A DNA stretch of 64,000 bases, taken from NCBI RefSeq assembly GCF_963921235.1, contig NC_086097.1, forward strand, positions 38,628,001-38,692,000, read 5' to 3'. The notes beneath the pieces are model-generated. The model was not told where the DNA came from. It saw only the letters and a list, made by a program, of their open reading frames with translations, and did not search any database. This stretch comes from Mobula hypostoma (taxonomy: Eukaryota). The number at the start of each line of letters is the position of its first letter. Positions within the stretch are counted from its first letter, which is position 1. Positions 53,491 to 64,000 of the stretch are shown in pieces. The position numbers and the translations under genes are program-made.

Positions 53491-54455
53491 AGTCTGTATA
53501 CACATGACTGTGTGGCTCGGCATAGGTCAATTACCATCTACAAATTTGCTGACAATACAACCATTGTTGGTAGAATCTCAGGTGGTGATGAGAGGGCGTA
53601 CAGGAGTGAGATATGCCAACTAGTGGAGTGGTGCCGCAGCAACAACCTGGCACTCAATGTCAGTAAGACAAAAGAACTGATTGTGAATTTCAGGAAGCGT
53701 AAGACGAAGGAACATATACCAATCCTCATAGAGGGATCAGAAGTGGAGAGAGTGAGCAGCTTCAAGTTCCTGGGTGTCAAGATCTCTGAGGATCTAACCT
53801 GGTCCAAACATATTGATATAGTCATAAAGAAGGCAAGATAGCAGCTATACTGTATTAGGAGTTTGAAGAGATTTGGCATGTCAATAAAATACACTCAAAA
53901 ACTTCTATAGCTGTACCATGGAGAGCATTCTGACAGGCTGCATCACTGTCTGGTATGGAGGGGCTACTGCACAGGACCAAAAGAAGCTGCAGAAGGTTGT
54001 AAATCTAGTCAGTTCCATCTTGGGCACTAGCCTACAAAGTACCCAGGACATCTTTAGGGAGCGGTGTCTCAGAAAGAAAGCATCCATTATTAAAGACCTC
54101 CAGCACCCAGGGCATGCCCTTTTCTCACTGTTACCATCAAGAAAGGAGATACAGAAGCCTGAAGGTACACATTCAGCAATTCAGGAACAGCTTCTTCCCC
54201 TCTGCCATCTGATTCCTAAATGGACAATGAAGCTTTGGACACTACCTCACTTTTTTAAAATATACATTATTTCTGTTTTTTGCACATTTTTAATAATCTA
54301 TTCAATATACGTAATTGAGTTACTTGTTTATTTATTATTACGTCTTAATTAATTTATTTTTTCTCTCTCTCTGCTAGATTATGTATTGCATTGAACTGCT
54401 GCTGCTAAGTTAACAAATTTCATGTCACGTGCCGATGTTAATAAATCTGATTGAT
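53490..54455 (+). mobile_element. Rex1/Babar LINE, 5'-truncated
   Basis: YKFADNTTIVG...LNVSKTKELIVNFRK; 3' tail aataaatctgattgattctga. Confidence 0.88.
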
Positions 54456-54706
54456 TCTGAACTGTTTCTTTCCTGATGGCTATTGCAGAAGATGCAGCAC
54501 CTGCCCTTTTGCCTTGCCCCTTCTCACCATCTAAGGACTCAAATATTCCTTCCAGGTAACAGCAATTTACTTGCACTTCCAAGTTTTGTTTGCATTTGGA
54601 CCTCATGATGTGGTCTCTTCTATTTGATGAAACCAAAATGGGACTGGATGATGGTTTCAAAGAACACTTCTTTTCAGTCCACTCAAAAGACCTTGAACTT
54701 CAAACT

Positions 54707-54892
54707 ACACACATCAAAGTTGCTGGTGAACGCAGCAGGCCAGGCAGCATCTCTAGGAAGAGGTACAGTGGACGTTTCGGGCCCGAAACATCGAGTGTAC
54801 CTCTTCCTAGAGATGCTGCCTGGCCTGCTGCGTTCACCAGCAACTTTGATGTGTGTTGCTTGAATTTCCAGCATCTGTAGAATTCGTGTTTA
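54707..54892. mobile_element. Palindromic Penelope pLTR-derived insertion with 13-bp TSD
   Basis: 75-bp arms (54707-54781 and 54782-54856, 3 mismatches). TSD TGAACTTCAAACT at 54694-54706 and 54893-54905. Confidence 0.9.
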
Positions 54893-55154
54893 TGAACTTC
54901 AAACTGGCTGTTATTAATTGTCCAGCTCAGTAATCCATGATTGATCCTGATGCTTTTGTTGCAGATTTTGCATATTTTTCCAGTGACCTCAGGGATTTCC
55001 TCCATGTGCTGTGGTTTCCTCACCCACATTCTAAAGAAATGTTGGTGATTGTAAATTACCTTGTGTCGATGGGTAGGAGAATGGGAATGTGGGAAACAAT
55101 CAATTATGGGGAAATGTGAATATAGGAGTGATATGAATGACCTTCTTCAATATT

Positions 55155-55385
55155 GTGGGCACGTAGCCAAGTGGTTAAGGCATTCGTTTAGTGATCTCAA
55201 GGTCGCTAGTTCGAGCCTCAGCTGTGGCAGTGTGTTTGTGTCCTTGAGCAAGGCACTTAATCACAAACTGCTCTAGTGTCTGTGTGAGGAGTAGCGCCTC
55301 ACACAGACTTCCAATCTGTGCCTTAGAAGGCATGAAAATGCCCGACGTAGGCCTCTCATGGTCTGAGTCGATGTTCCCTCCCCTT
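55155..55385 (+). mobile_element. tRNA-derived SINE
   Basis: gggcacgtagccaagtggttaagg (A box), agttcgagcc (B box), then gtgtccttgagcaaggcacttaa. Confidence 0.75.
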
Positions 55386-55744
55386 CAATATCATAAGAAA
55401 TTGTGATATAAAAATATAATTGACCTCCTGCACAATTCTAACAAAACCCAATGTCAGCTCAACAGCACCTCATCTTCCCACTGGGTATAATGTAGTTCTT
55501 TGGACCCAACAGTGAATTCAACAATATCAGTCAACTAGCTTTTTTCTGTGTTGGAACTGGCAGCTCTATTAGAAGGTCATCCACCTGTTACATTAACTGT
55601 TTTTTCTCTCTCCATAGATGCTGTATGATCTGAAAAGTCTTCTTTATTTCAGAATTCCAACAAGTGCTGTGTATGGCATTTAATGTTCCTGCATTTTAGT
55701 TCTAAATGCCTTTATTCATTTTCCTCTATTTATATGGCTCCAAA

Positions 55745-56780
55745 AACACGGTAGCTTAGTGGTTAGCACCATGCTTTACAGTACAGATGACAAAGGTTCA
55801 ACTCCTGCTGCTGTCTGTAAGTTTATATGTTCTCCCTGTGACTGTGTGGGTTTCCTCTGGGTGCACCCATTTTTTCCTCAGATGGGTCCAAAGACGTATC
55901 AGTTAGTAGGTTGGGTGATCATTTGCAAATAGTCCTAACGCCGACTCCTCTGCTTGCATCTTTGGAAACAACTCTATTTCTATCTTTGATATCTCTTTTT
56001 TTCCCTTTCAAGGTTCTTCTAAAGACCCTGACCTGGAGTTACATGCAGTCTTCTGTTCTTTGCGGAAATGGGACCCGCTCTTGGGGCCTCACGACCGGCT
56101 GCTTTTCGATATGCCAAGGATGCGGCCTAGAAGACTAGTGCGCCTTCAGGGTACCAGATTTTCATGGCTCTCGAGGCAGGTGGGGATTCAAGGCCAGTGC
56201 CGCCGCCTCATGCATCATGGGAGAAGGAAGATCGTAAGCAGCGAGCTCAGAAAAAGCAATGCAACAGACTTTTAACATAATAAATCAGCAAGTTGCTTTG
56301 TTATGTCTCCCCTCTCACTGTGAAACAGGGACACCTCTTTTTCCCCTATTAGGGAGAGAGAGAGAGAGCCTGTGGAATGTCGATATGCCTGTGGTGAGCG
56401 AGTAGTTTTTGGGGTACTGCAAGTCTGTGTCTTTATTGATGCTTTGCTGCATGCTTGAGTGCTCAGTGGAGGGTGTCAATGCTTTTTTTCACTGGTGAGG
56501 GAGTGGGGACGTTGCTTTGCTGCTGCTTATGCATGGGATGGGAGAGTTGGGGGGCTTTGGGGTTCTAACATTTAACTGTCATTCATTCATTCTTGGGGCA
56601 GTCCTCTGTTTTCATGGATGTTTGTGAAGAAAAAGAATTTTCAGAATGTATATTGCATACGTTTCTCTGAGATTAAATGTACCTATTGAAACCTACTGAT
56701 TAGACTAGGATTAAATTAGGGAATTGCTGAGAGCAGGAAGGGTCTATTTCCTGCTGTATCTCAATAAATAAATAAACAGA
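55745..56780 (+). mobile_element. V-SINE (HE1-like) interrupted by an unclassified ~760-bp segment (~55936-56700)
   Basis: V-domain gttctccctgtgactgtgtgggtttcctctgggtgc; tail ctgctgtatctc(aata)n at ~56750-56775. Confidence 0.55.
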
Positions 56781-57312
56781 AAGAGCTACAGTTAGCTGGC
56801 ATTCAATCTCCCCTTTTATACAGTAAAGTAATTTTGTCAGAAGGATAATCTTAGTGTCCAATTTTCTACCTGCATTCCCTTATCGTCACCTATCGCCATT
56901 TCCTCAATTTACTCTTCCAGTTCTGATAAAAGGCCATTACTTGAAACACTACCGCTTTCTTACCTCTCTCTCCACAGGTGATTTCTAGTTTGTTGATATT
57001 CTCAGAATTAGGGAATGTTAATCTCACAGTTGCAGTATCAGCATTTTTTTTTGCTTTTGAAATTCTATCCACTGCTGTTACAGCCCTCTCAGCTTCAACC
57101 TCGATGTCAGGGGTATTATCGACAGCTACTTAACGTACAAATGGATACTGGGGCTGTAACATTGTTTTGTCCCAATGGTTCCCCTTGCCCACTGCTAAGG
57201 TGAAGCCGCTTTTGGTGCCACCAGTTCACGCGCGCTCCCGATCAGCACCCGCGCAGCTTCGGTTACCATCTGACTCAGCAACGGATGCTGAAGTTCAGGC
57301 CACAGAATGTAC

Positions 57313-57349
57313 CTTTCTTGTTTGCCATGTTGATGCCGAGCCTTCCCAT
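57313..57349 (-). CDS. SPATA7: Probable SPATA7 first coding exon (MANKK(V) from ATG 57328; in-frame upstream ATG 57349 adds MGRLGIN)
   Basis: Lies in a CpG-rich patch. aacATGGCAAACAAGAAAG|gtacat is a phase-1 donor like mammalian exon 1 and splices in frame to 49093. Confidence 0.6.
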
Positions 57350-57506
57350 ATTCTCGGACGGCGCAAAGACGCGAGTTACGGCAGTCAAAGCCGCCGTTAT
57401 CTGGGCTCAGAATCAGACAAGAACACCACAGCCGCCATGTCTGTAGCTACGCCGCATCCTCGGAGCTGGGTCAGCCAACCACGGGTCGCATCATGTCTAC
57501 GTCACT

Positions 57507-57520
57507 GTTGCCTTAGTGAC
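57507..57520. promoter_or_regulatory. Putative RFX X-box (GTTGCCTTAGTGAC)
   Basis: Near match to the GTNRCC-N0-3-RGYAAC consensus, ~160-180 bp upstream of the probable start of a ciliary gene. Confidence 0.55.
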
Positions 57521-57559
57521 AGAGGCTGCCCCGGGATCCGGATGTCTCTGGAACAGTGC

Positions 57560-58560
57560 GAGGGAATTGAGTGGGAGAAGGAATGGAATGAAGGAATGGA
57601 GAAGGGAAGGGAAGAGAAAGGGAGAGAGGCGAGGCGAAATAGGAGAAGTGGAAGGAAGAGCGAAGGAGAGGATTGAGAGAGAGAAAGAGGAGAGGGATGG
57701 AGGAAGGGGAAAGGAGAGAAGATGGAGGAGGGCAAAGGAGCGGTGCAGAAGAAAGTGAAGAGATAAGGAGAATCTGAGAGGGAAAGATGCATGCAAGGTA
57801 AAGAGAAGGAAAGAGGGTGAATGGGGTGAGGGGGGGAAAGGGCAAGGGGAAGAGGAATGTATGTTGGAGTGGAGAATGGAGGTATTTTATTAGTGGGGAA
57901 ATTAGGTGTGGAATTGGAGAGGAGAGGGGTTGAGGAATGGGGTGAGGAGAGGGTGTAGAAGGGGAGAGGATTTAGGAGTGGGTGAGGAAAGGGTGTAGGA
58001 GTGTGGAGTGGAGAGAAGAGGGGTGTAGTTGTGCGGAAAGCAGAGGGTCCAGGAGAAGGTGGTTTGGGAATGGTGAGAATGAGGAAGAGAAGAAACAAGG
58101 GAGTGGAAAAGACAGGAGGAGTGGAAGAAATGAAGGGAGAAAGGTTGTTTGGAAAGAATGGGTAAGAAAGGACTCTGGTGAGAATGTACAGTGGGTAAAT
58201 GAAGAATAATGAGGGACAAAGAGTGAATGAAAGAAGGAGAGTGAGGAAGAGGGTGACATATTTGGAGTAAGCGAGAGATGTGAAGGCGGATGGAATTGGA
58301 GGGGGGATCAATAGGGTCAGTGGGCACCTGTGGTGTAAAAGAAAGGATAAAAAAATTAAATGAGTGCAAGGAAAGAGAGACAGACTTGTGATGCTAAAAC
58401 AGCAAGGAAATGAATGAAGGGGAGAGAATGGACATAATAGACATAACAGTCTGAAGGAAGGACATTGAGGGGGATATGGAAAGAAAGAAAGAGATGGGAG
58501 AAAGTTGGTTGGAGGTAAGATCAATCCAAGGAAGAGGGTATAAAATGGGAAGAAAAGTAA
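57560..58560 (+). repeat. Purine-rich (G/A) low-complexity tract
   Basis: About 1 kb strongly G+A on the plus strand; it generates spurious F/L/P/S-rich ORFs. Confidence 0.85.
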
Positions 58561-58774
58561 AGCAGATGTCAAAATATGTTAATAAATTGTGGCTGAGAAT
58601 GAATTATAAATAAATGGATGGGAAAAGGAAAAGTTGAGAATTAAATGACTGTTAAAAAATGTGATAAGCGATGTAAGTAGAAGGATGGACCATTGTGAAG
58701 GAGAAAAGAAGTTAATTCTTCCTAGTTCAAGCCTGCATCATGTATTCTATGACCTTTTTGGATTTCTTTTTAAC

Positions 58775-59300
58775 TTCAACACAAGAGATTCTGAAGATGT
58801 AAGAAGTCTTCAGAAACACACATAAAGTTCTGTTGGAACTCAGCAGGTTAGGCAGCATCCATGGGGAGAAACAAACAGTCACTATTTTGGGTGAGATCCT
58901 TCATCAGGACTGGAGGGGAAGGAGGAAGGAGCCAAAATGAGATGATGTGTGTGGGCTGGGGGCGGGGGGAGGAGAACAAGCTGGCAGACAATGACAGAGA
59001 GGAAGCAGTGAAAGGAGGTCTCACAGAATAAAGTGCTGGAGGAACTGCAAAATCTCTTCAAGGTATGTCTATTCTGAAGAAGTTTAAATCTCCTCTCCAA
59101 GGGAGTTCGGTGAGATCTTCTACTACTCCCCATGATTACCTGCCAACTTGTACACCTTCCACTTCCCCACCGACTTATTCTGGCTTCTTTCCCCTTCCTT
59201 TTGAGTCCTGATGAAAAGTCTTGGCCCAAAACAGCAATTGTTTAATGCTTTCTATGGATACTGCCTGACCAGTTGAGTTCCTCCAGGACTTGTATGTGTC
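58775..59300. mobile_element. Old inverted pair of Penelope pLTR fragments
   Basis: 58815-58990 (minus pLTR, hammerhead remnant at 58877-58912) faces 59125-59300 (plus pLTR, ctgatga at ~59208). Confidence 0.65.
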
Positions 59301-62299
59301 CTTTTTAAAATTGTTTGCTTCTAGGAATGTTATTGTATTTTTTCCCTTGAGGGTTGTTGTCACATTGCATTACATAGCTCCAATTATTTTCAAAGTGTCA
59401 CAAACTGTTACATTGTTGTGCTATCCCTGATATGCTTTCAGTGTCTAGAGACTACACCATTTTAATTATATAATAATGTATAGTCCCCTTCTTATAGTTA
59501 TTGTGACCATGTCAAACTAAAAGGAGTGTTTTCTACTTTTTGTTAAAAGTTAATTATAAGTAAGCTATCAGTGTATTCATGCAATATACGTTCAATGAAT
59601 TGGTACAGAAATTAGAGGGATTGGATATTTGCTGGGCACGGTAGGCAAAATGAATTCCTCATGAATTGGTACTGGAACTTCAGTGTTCCGCCATTTACAT
59701 TCAGTGGCCACTCTGTTAGGTACACCTGCTTGTTAATGCAAGTATCTAATCAACCAATGTGGCAGGAACTCAATGCATAAAAGCATGTAGACGTGATCAA
59801 GAGGTTCAAGAAGCTCAGAACAAATATCAAAATGGGGAAGAAATGTGGTCTAAGTGATTTTGACTGTGGAATGATTGTTGGTGCTAGATGGGGTGGTTGG
59901 GTATCTCAGAAACTCCTGATCTCCTGGGATTTTCATGCACAACAGTCTCTAGACTTTACAGAGAATAGTGCTAAACTAAAAACATCCACACAGACACACT
60001 TATACATACAGTACTGCCCTAGAAGAAGAAAGAAAGCTGTATATTCAAGTCTGCAGCTGACACTTACACAGGAGCTATAACAAACTACATTGAAATGAGC
60101 TAGAAATTACAAAGATTCATAGAATTTGCCTTTGGTTCTTTTGTATACCTGTACCTTCTCTTAAACTTTCACATCCCTTGCCAGATGGTAATCAGATTAA
60201 CAAATTACTCACTGTCAAATTAATATTTTGTAGAGGTTCAACATATCTTTCTTTTGTACTTTATGCTTCTGTTTATATGGTAGGATCCTGATGTTGTTTA
60301 CATTGTTTTCTTAAGCTATACTTCCATTTTCAACTATCTGTTTTTACAGTAAATGCAATTATCTTCATGCACCTCCATTGGAATTCCATCCTTTAAATGA
60401 AATTATTCCTCTGAGTAAAATATATGCTTTTGTACTTCTCAGTCTATGTTCTTTTGCAATCTCTTACTATCCTCCATGTTTACAATGTTTACAAGTTTTG
60501 TGTCATTTGTAAGTCTTAAAATGGTGCCCTGTTCACCCAGTACGTGGCATTTATAAATGTAGAGTTAACCAGTGGTCCTACTAGGTACCCTTAGGGATCA
60601 CCACAATATATCTTGCTCTAAATCAGAAACAATTGATCACACAGTACATTTGCCCTGTCTCTAAATTTAGGCATCCATATCATTGGAATATCAACTGGTC
60701 CCTTAGGACTGATGTGGTAATCAAGAAAAAGCATTAGCATATGTTCTCTCTTAGGTGTCATTTGGCTTGTTTGCAAAGCTTCTCTCAAACTACTACAGAT
60801 GTGCTGTAGAAAATATTCTGATGGATTGCATCTCAGCCTGGTCTGGCATCTGCTCTGCACTGATGGAGCAAGTAGTAAGAAGTAAATACTGCCTGGTCCA
60901 TTACAGGCTCGTCACTTCCTTTTATCCAGTTCACCTTCAAAATGTTTTGCTTTAGGAGTTCAGAAGAATGGGAGGCCAACAAAATTAAATTTACAAGTTT
61001 TCTGGTAGGGCTGGACAGTCTGGACCGAGGAAGGATTTTCTCTCAACTGGGATGCCTGGAACACTCCCAGATTCCAGACTGGGAAATTTCTTCACTTAGA
61101 CAGTGGTGAACCTGTGAATTTGTTACCACAAGAGGCTCTAGAGACCTGAATGTTTTTAAGGAGAGAGATAGATTTCTCAGTGCAATGTTGAAAAGGTAGG
61201 AATTACGGTATTGATATCAATGATCAGTCAAATTGCCGGAGATTTATAGTCAAGCAGTGCAAAAAAGGGCCCATCAAATCTGGGTTGACTATCAAGTACC
61301 CAACTACATCAATTGTGCACTAATCCCACTTTAATTCCTCTAACATTCCCACCAATGTCTTTCAGATTCTACCATTCATCTACACAGCAAGGGGCAATTA
61401 ACAATTGCCAATAGCCTACAACAGTTATAACGAATGAAGCAGCAGTCTTGAAAGGCTGAATTTCCTACTTTTTCTGTTGTCATTCATTCAAAGTGGAAAT
61501 TGTTAGATTTCTGGAGTTTAAAGGAGCCAAGGGGTTAGGAGAGCGTGTCATCAGCGTCTCCTTTTTTGTCCTGCTTATATTATTGGTTTCCAAATGGACC
61601 ACCATAGCAGGAATATTTCCGACCTCCCACTCCCAAATCTTTGTCCACACTAAGGTAACATCTTAAAATATGCAGCAATCTATCTGAGGAGGGTGATAGA
61701 ATTCAAGAACTTCTGAACTTGGAGTGGGAGAACAATTTAGCCTCTGGAGTCTGTACTGTCCTTCAGAAAGTTCATGTCTGCTTCTCTAGGGCATCAAAGG
61801 TTATGCTGAGAAGGCGGGGAAGTGGGACTAAATGGGAGAATGGATCAGCTCATGATAAAATGGCGGAGCAGACTCGATGGGCCGAATGGCCGACTTCTGC
61901 TCCTTTGCCTTATGGTCTTCCTTAGCACCATTTTTTTGCCCCATCAGCACATCTCTTTAAAACCCAGAAAACTATCAGTCCTCAATTTGAAAAATACCAT
62001 CACGAAGCAGTGTTATTTCCTCCGTTTCTGTGAAAATGGTGATGTCGGAAAGCTACCCGTTGGTCATTATGGAGCAGATGTAGGCGTGGGAGGTGTTGCA
62101 AGGATGAAGATCCAAATGACAACAGAAAAAACAAATAGGTTTTCAAGTTATCATATGAGTAGTTGAACATAAAATAATGCCTACTATAGACAGTTTGAAA
62201 AATTGTGCATTCTCTTGTACGATATCATGTTTAGATTTAGCGCACAACAGTGATTGGTTTACTAATTCTGAATGGAAGACCGATAAATGTTTGGAATAG

Positions 62300-63560
62300 G
62301 AATGCAGCAGATCTAATAACGGTGGCAGGGTATGAGAAATAAGGGATGAGCGAGCCTGTGGAAAACGACGCAGATATCTACACGTAACCGTATAAATCCT
62401 ACCATTGCGTTGACTTGTCTTCACGTCGGGGCTGATTTTACTTTACTCCACAGCGTAAACAGTTGGTGTATCATTGCGTTTGATACGCCCACGATTTAGT
62501 AACTTTTGGAAGACATCTTCCGTAGAAAATAAACAAACCAGTCCTCAGCCCCTCCCAGTTTTTATTTGATTCCCTGTTTTCTGTCCCCTCTCCTTTGTTC
62601 TCAGTGTAACGCTAAAGGCTCGCTCGGCGTGAGCGGTGGCTGCAGGATAAGTCCGCCACCTGGCATAACCTTATTAACATTCCGGGCAGGTTTGAAAGCT
62701 CAGGAATACCGATTGCGGCGCAGTGCGATTAAGTAATGTAAAATGCAGTCACCAGTTGAATCTACAAATGACATCAACAATGATTTCATACCACTCGTCT
62801 GCCTTACACTTTTTTTTTCCACGAGAGCCACGCCCGAACCGAGATAATATAGTTTATGAGCATAACCTGCGCTTTAAAACATTCATTATGTCGTGCTGTG
62901 TTCAGATAAGAATACGGGCTTTTAAAGTTGAAATTATTCAAATATATAAATGAACCGACACAGATGTTGTTACACATAGTCTGTAACATCGTGAGGAGTA
63001 TGCATAATATAGGCGTCTGCACTTGGCAGATGGTGGAGTGTTACAACGGGTTCTTGTGGGACAAACGCATGGACTCTGATTCCAAATTTATGCTTATGCA
63101 TACGTTTTCCGCGTAGGAACGAATGGTAGAATACACAGTTTACACGGTACAGAAACCGTGGTGTAAACAATCGTGGCCGCCTTAGAATCCTTCCCAAGCT
63201 GCCTCCTGCTGCCGCCCCTACCCGCTTTGTGTAGAGAGCGTTTGACGAGGTGGCTGTTGCCTGCCGCAGGACATTGCCATGTGCCGAGAAACCGAGCGCG
63301 ACTTCGACTCACAACTCCACCTAACAACACGATACCACCACACATAGCCTCCATCTCCAGCCATGAAGAGTGTGTTCCGCAACCCAGCCACTTCGGAAAC
63401 AAGATCTGCTATTTTCTGCAAAGATGATATACTTCTATTCAAAAAGAGAGAAAAATACATGTAACAGGCAGACGCTTGCAATTTTCTCTGCAGCGTGAGA
63501 CCCTTCACGCAGGAACCGTTCCTGCTGTTACGAGCCTCAGCCTGAACGTGGTTTATGAGT
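62300..63560 (+). promoter_or_regulatory. CpG-enriched promoter/5' region of KCNK10
   Basis: Repeat-free CpG-rich segment directly upstream of the KCNK10 first coding exon. Confidence 0.55.
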
Positions 63561-63725
63561 TTTGCTTTATATTCATTTTATTTATGTTATCGGCTTGGTT
63601 GGAATAAAGCACGCATACGTAAAATGTTGACTCCAAAGGATGGTCCTTCCTGTTAAATAGGCGCATTCAGAATAACTGGCTGCAATTTTCGGATGCAAGA
63701 AAAGGCAAGGTTTTGGCGATCTAAG

Positions 63726-63777
63726 ATGAAATTTCCAATAGAACCGTCACGAAAGCACACTAATTGTGAGCCACCAG
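63726..63777 (+). CDS. KCNK10: KCNK10 (TREK-2) alternative first coding exon, MKFPIEPSRKHTNCEPP
   Basis: Matches the mammalian TREK-2 N-terminal variant MKFPIETPRKQVNWDPK. Phase-1 donor CAG|gtttgt. KCNK10 is the divergent neighbour of SPATA7 in mammals. Confidence 0.88.
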
Positions 63778-64000
63778 GTTTGTATCTGTAACGCAATATA
63801 AATATATATATATGTGGTGAGTGTGTCATCAGCATTTTAGTTTCGTGAATTCAGTTATGTTTGTCCATAGAGTTGATCTTGTTCTTATATCATTAACTGT
63901 ATTTATGTGTAAGTAAATCGATGGGAAATTGCGTGAAAATGAAATTATTGTCCCCAAATAGCCAAGCGATTTCTTCATTTCATCGATATTCACGTCCAGA

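Larger units (their letters stand above)
57220..57545 (-). promoter_or_regulatory. CpG-rich promoter/5'UTR of SPATA7
   Basis: Local CpG enrichment around the probable first exon. Confidence 0.6.

Noticed and set aside
55155..55230. tRNA gene (also 12815-12890)
   Set aside because: A/B boxes run straight into a SINE core and no full cloverleaf was evident; treated as SINE heads.
57431..57676. Plus-strand GCCGCCATG perfect Kozak ORF (MSVATPHPRS...)
   Set aside because: Runs into the GA-rich tract with no recognisable product. The Kozak match overlaps the reverse complement of the minus-strand ATGGCGGC.
57502..58572. 356-aa minus-strand ORF and overlapping F/L/P/S-rich ORFs
   Set aside because: Artefact of the polypurine/polypyrimidine tract; low complexity, no domain.
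1..64000. Prokaryotic systems (CRISPR arrays, operons, retrons)
   Set aside because: The sequence is clearly vertebrate intronic DNA; no regularly spaced repeat-spacer array was seen.

Overview
Vertebrate genomic DNA. The repeat content (CR1, Rex1/Babar, Penelope, V-SINE) suggests a cartilaginous fish, probably a ray; this is inferred, not shown. The window holds the 5' part of SPATA7 on the minus strand (five well-supported or probable coding exons plus a probable exon 7; no exon 2 equivalent found). Head-to-head with it lies a first coding exon of KCNK10/TREK-2 (MKFPIE... variant) on the plus strand. The introns are packed with nested transposons: CR1, Rex1, L1, Hero, Penelope-like elements with hammerhead motifs, Tigger, Tc1, hAT, Harbinger, SINEs and two Ty3/Gypsy LTR elements. 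The most striking feature is the 4.1-kb non-autonomous Gypsy element at 21248-25343. Its interior is one ~800-codon reading frame, broken by only two nonsense codons, that fuses condensed gag/protease/RT fragments to an intronless, apparently captured sarcomeric myosin heavy-chain (MYH16-like) rod segment and then the retroelement pol tail. All homology calls come from remembered sequences and motifs; no database search was run.
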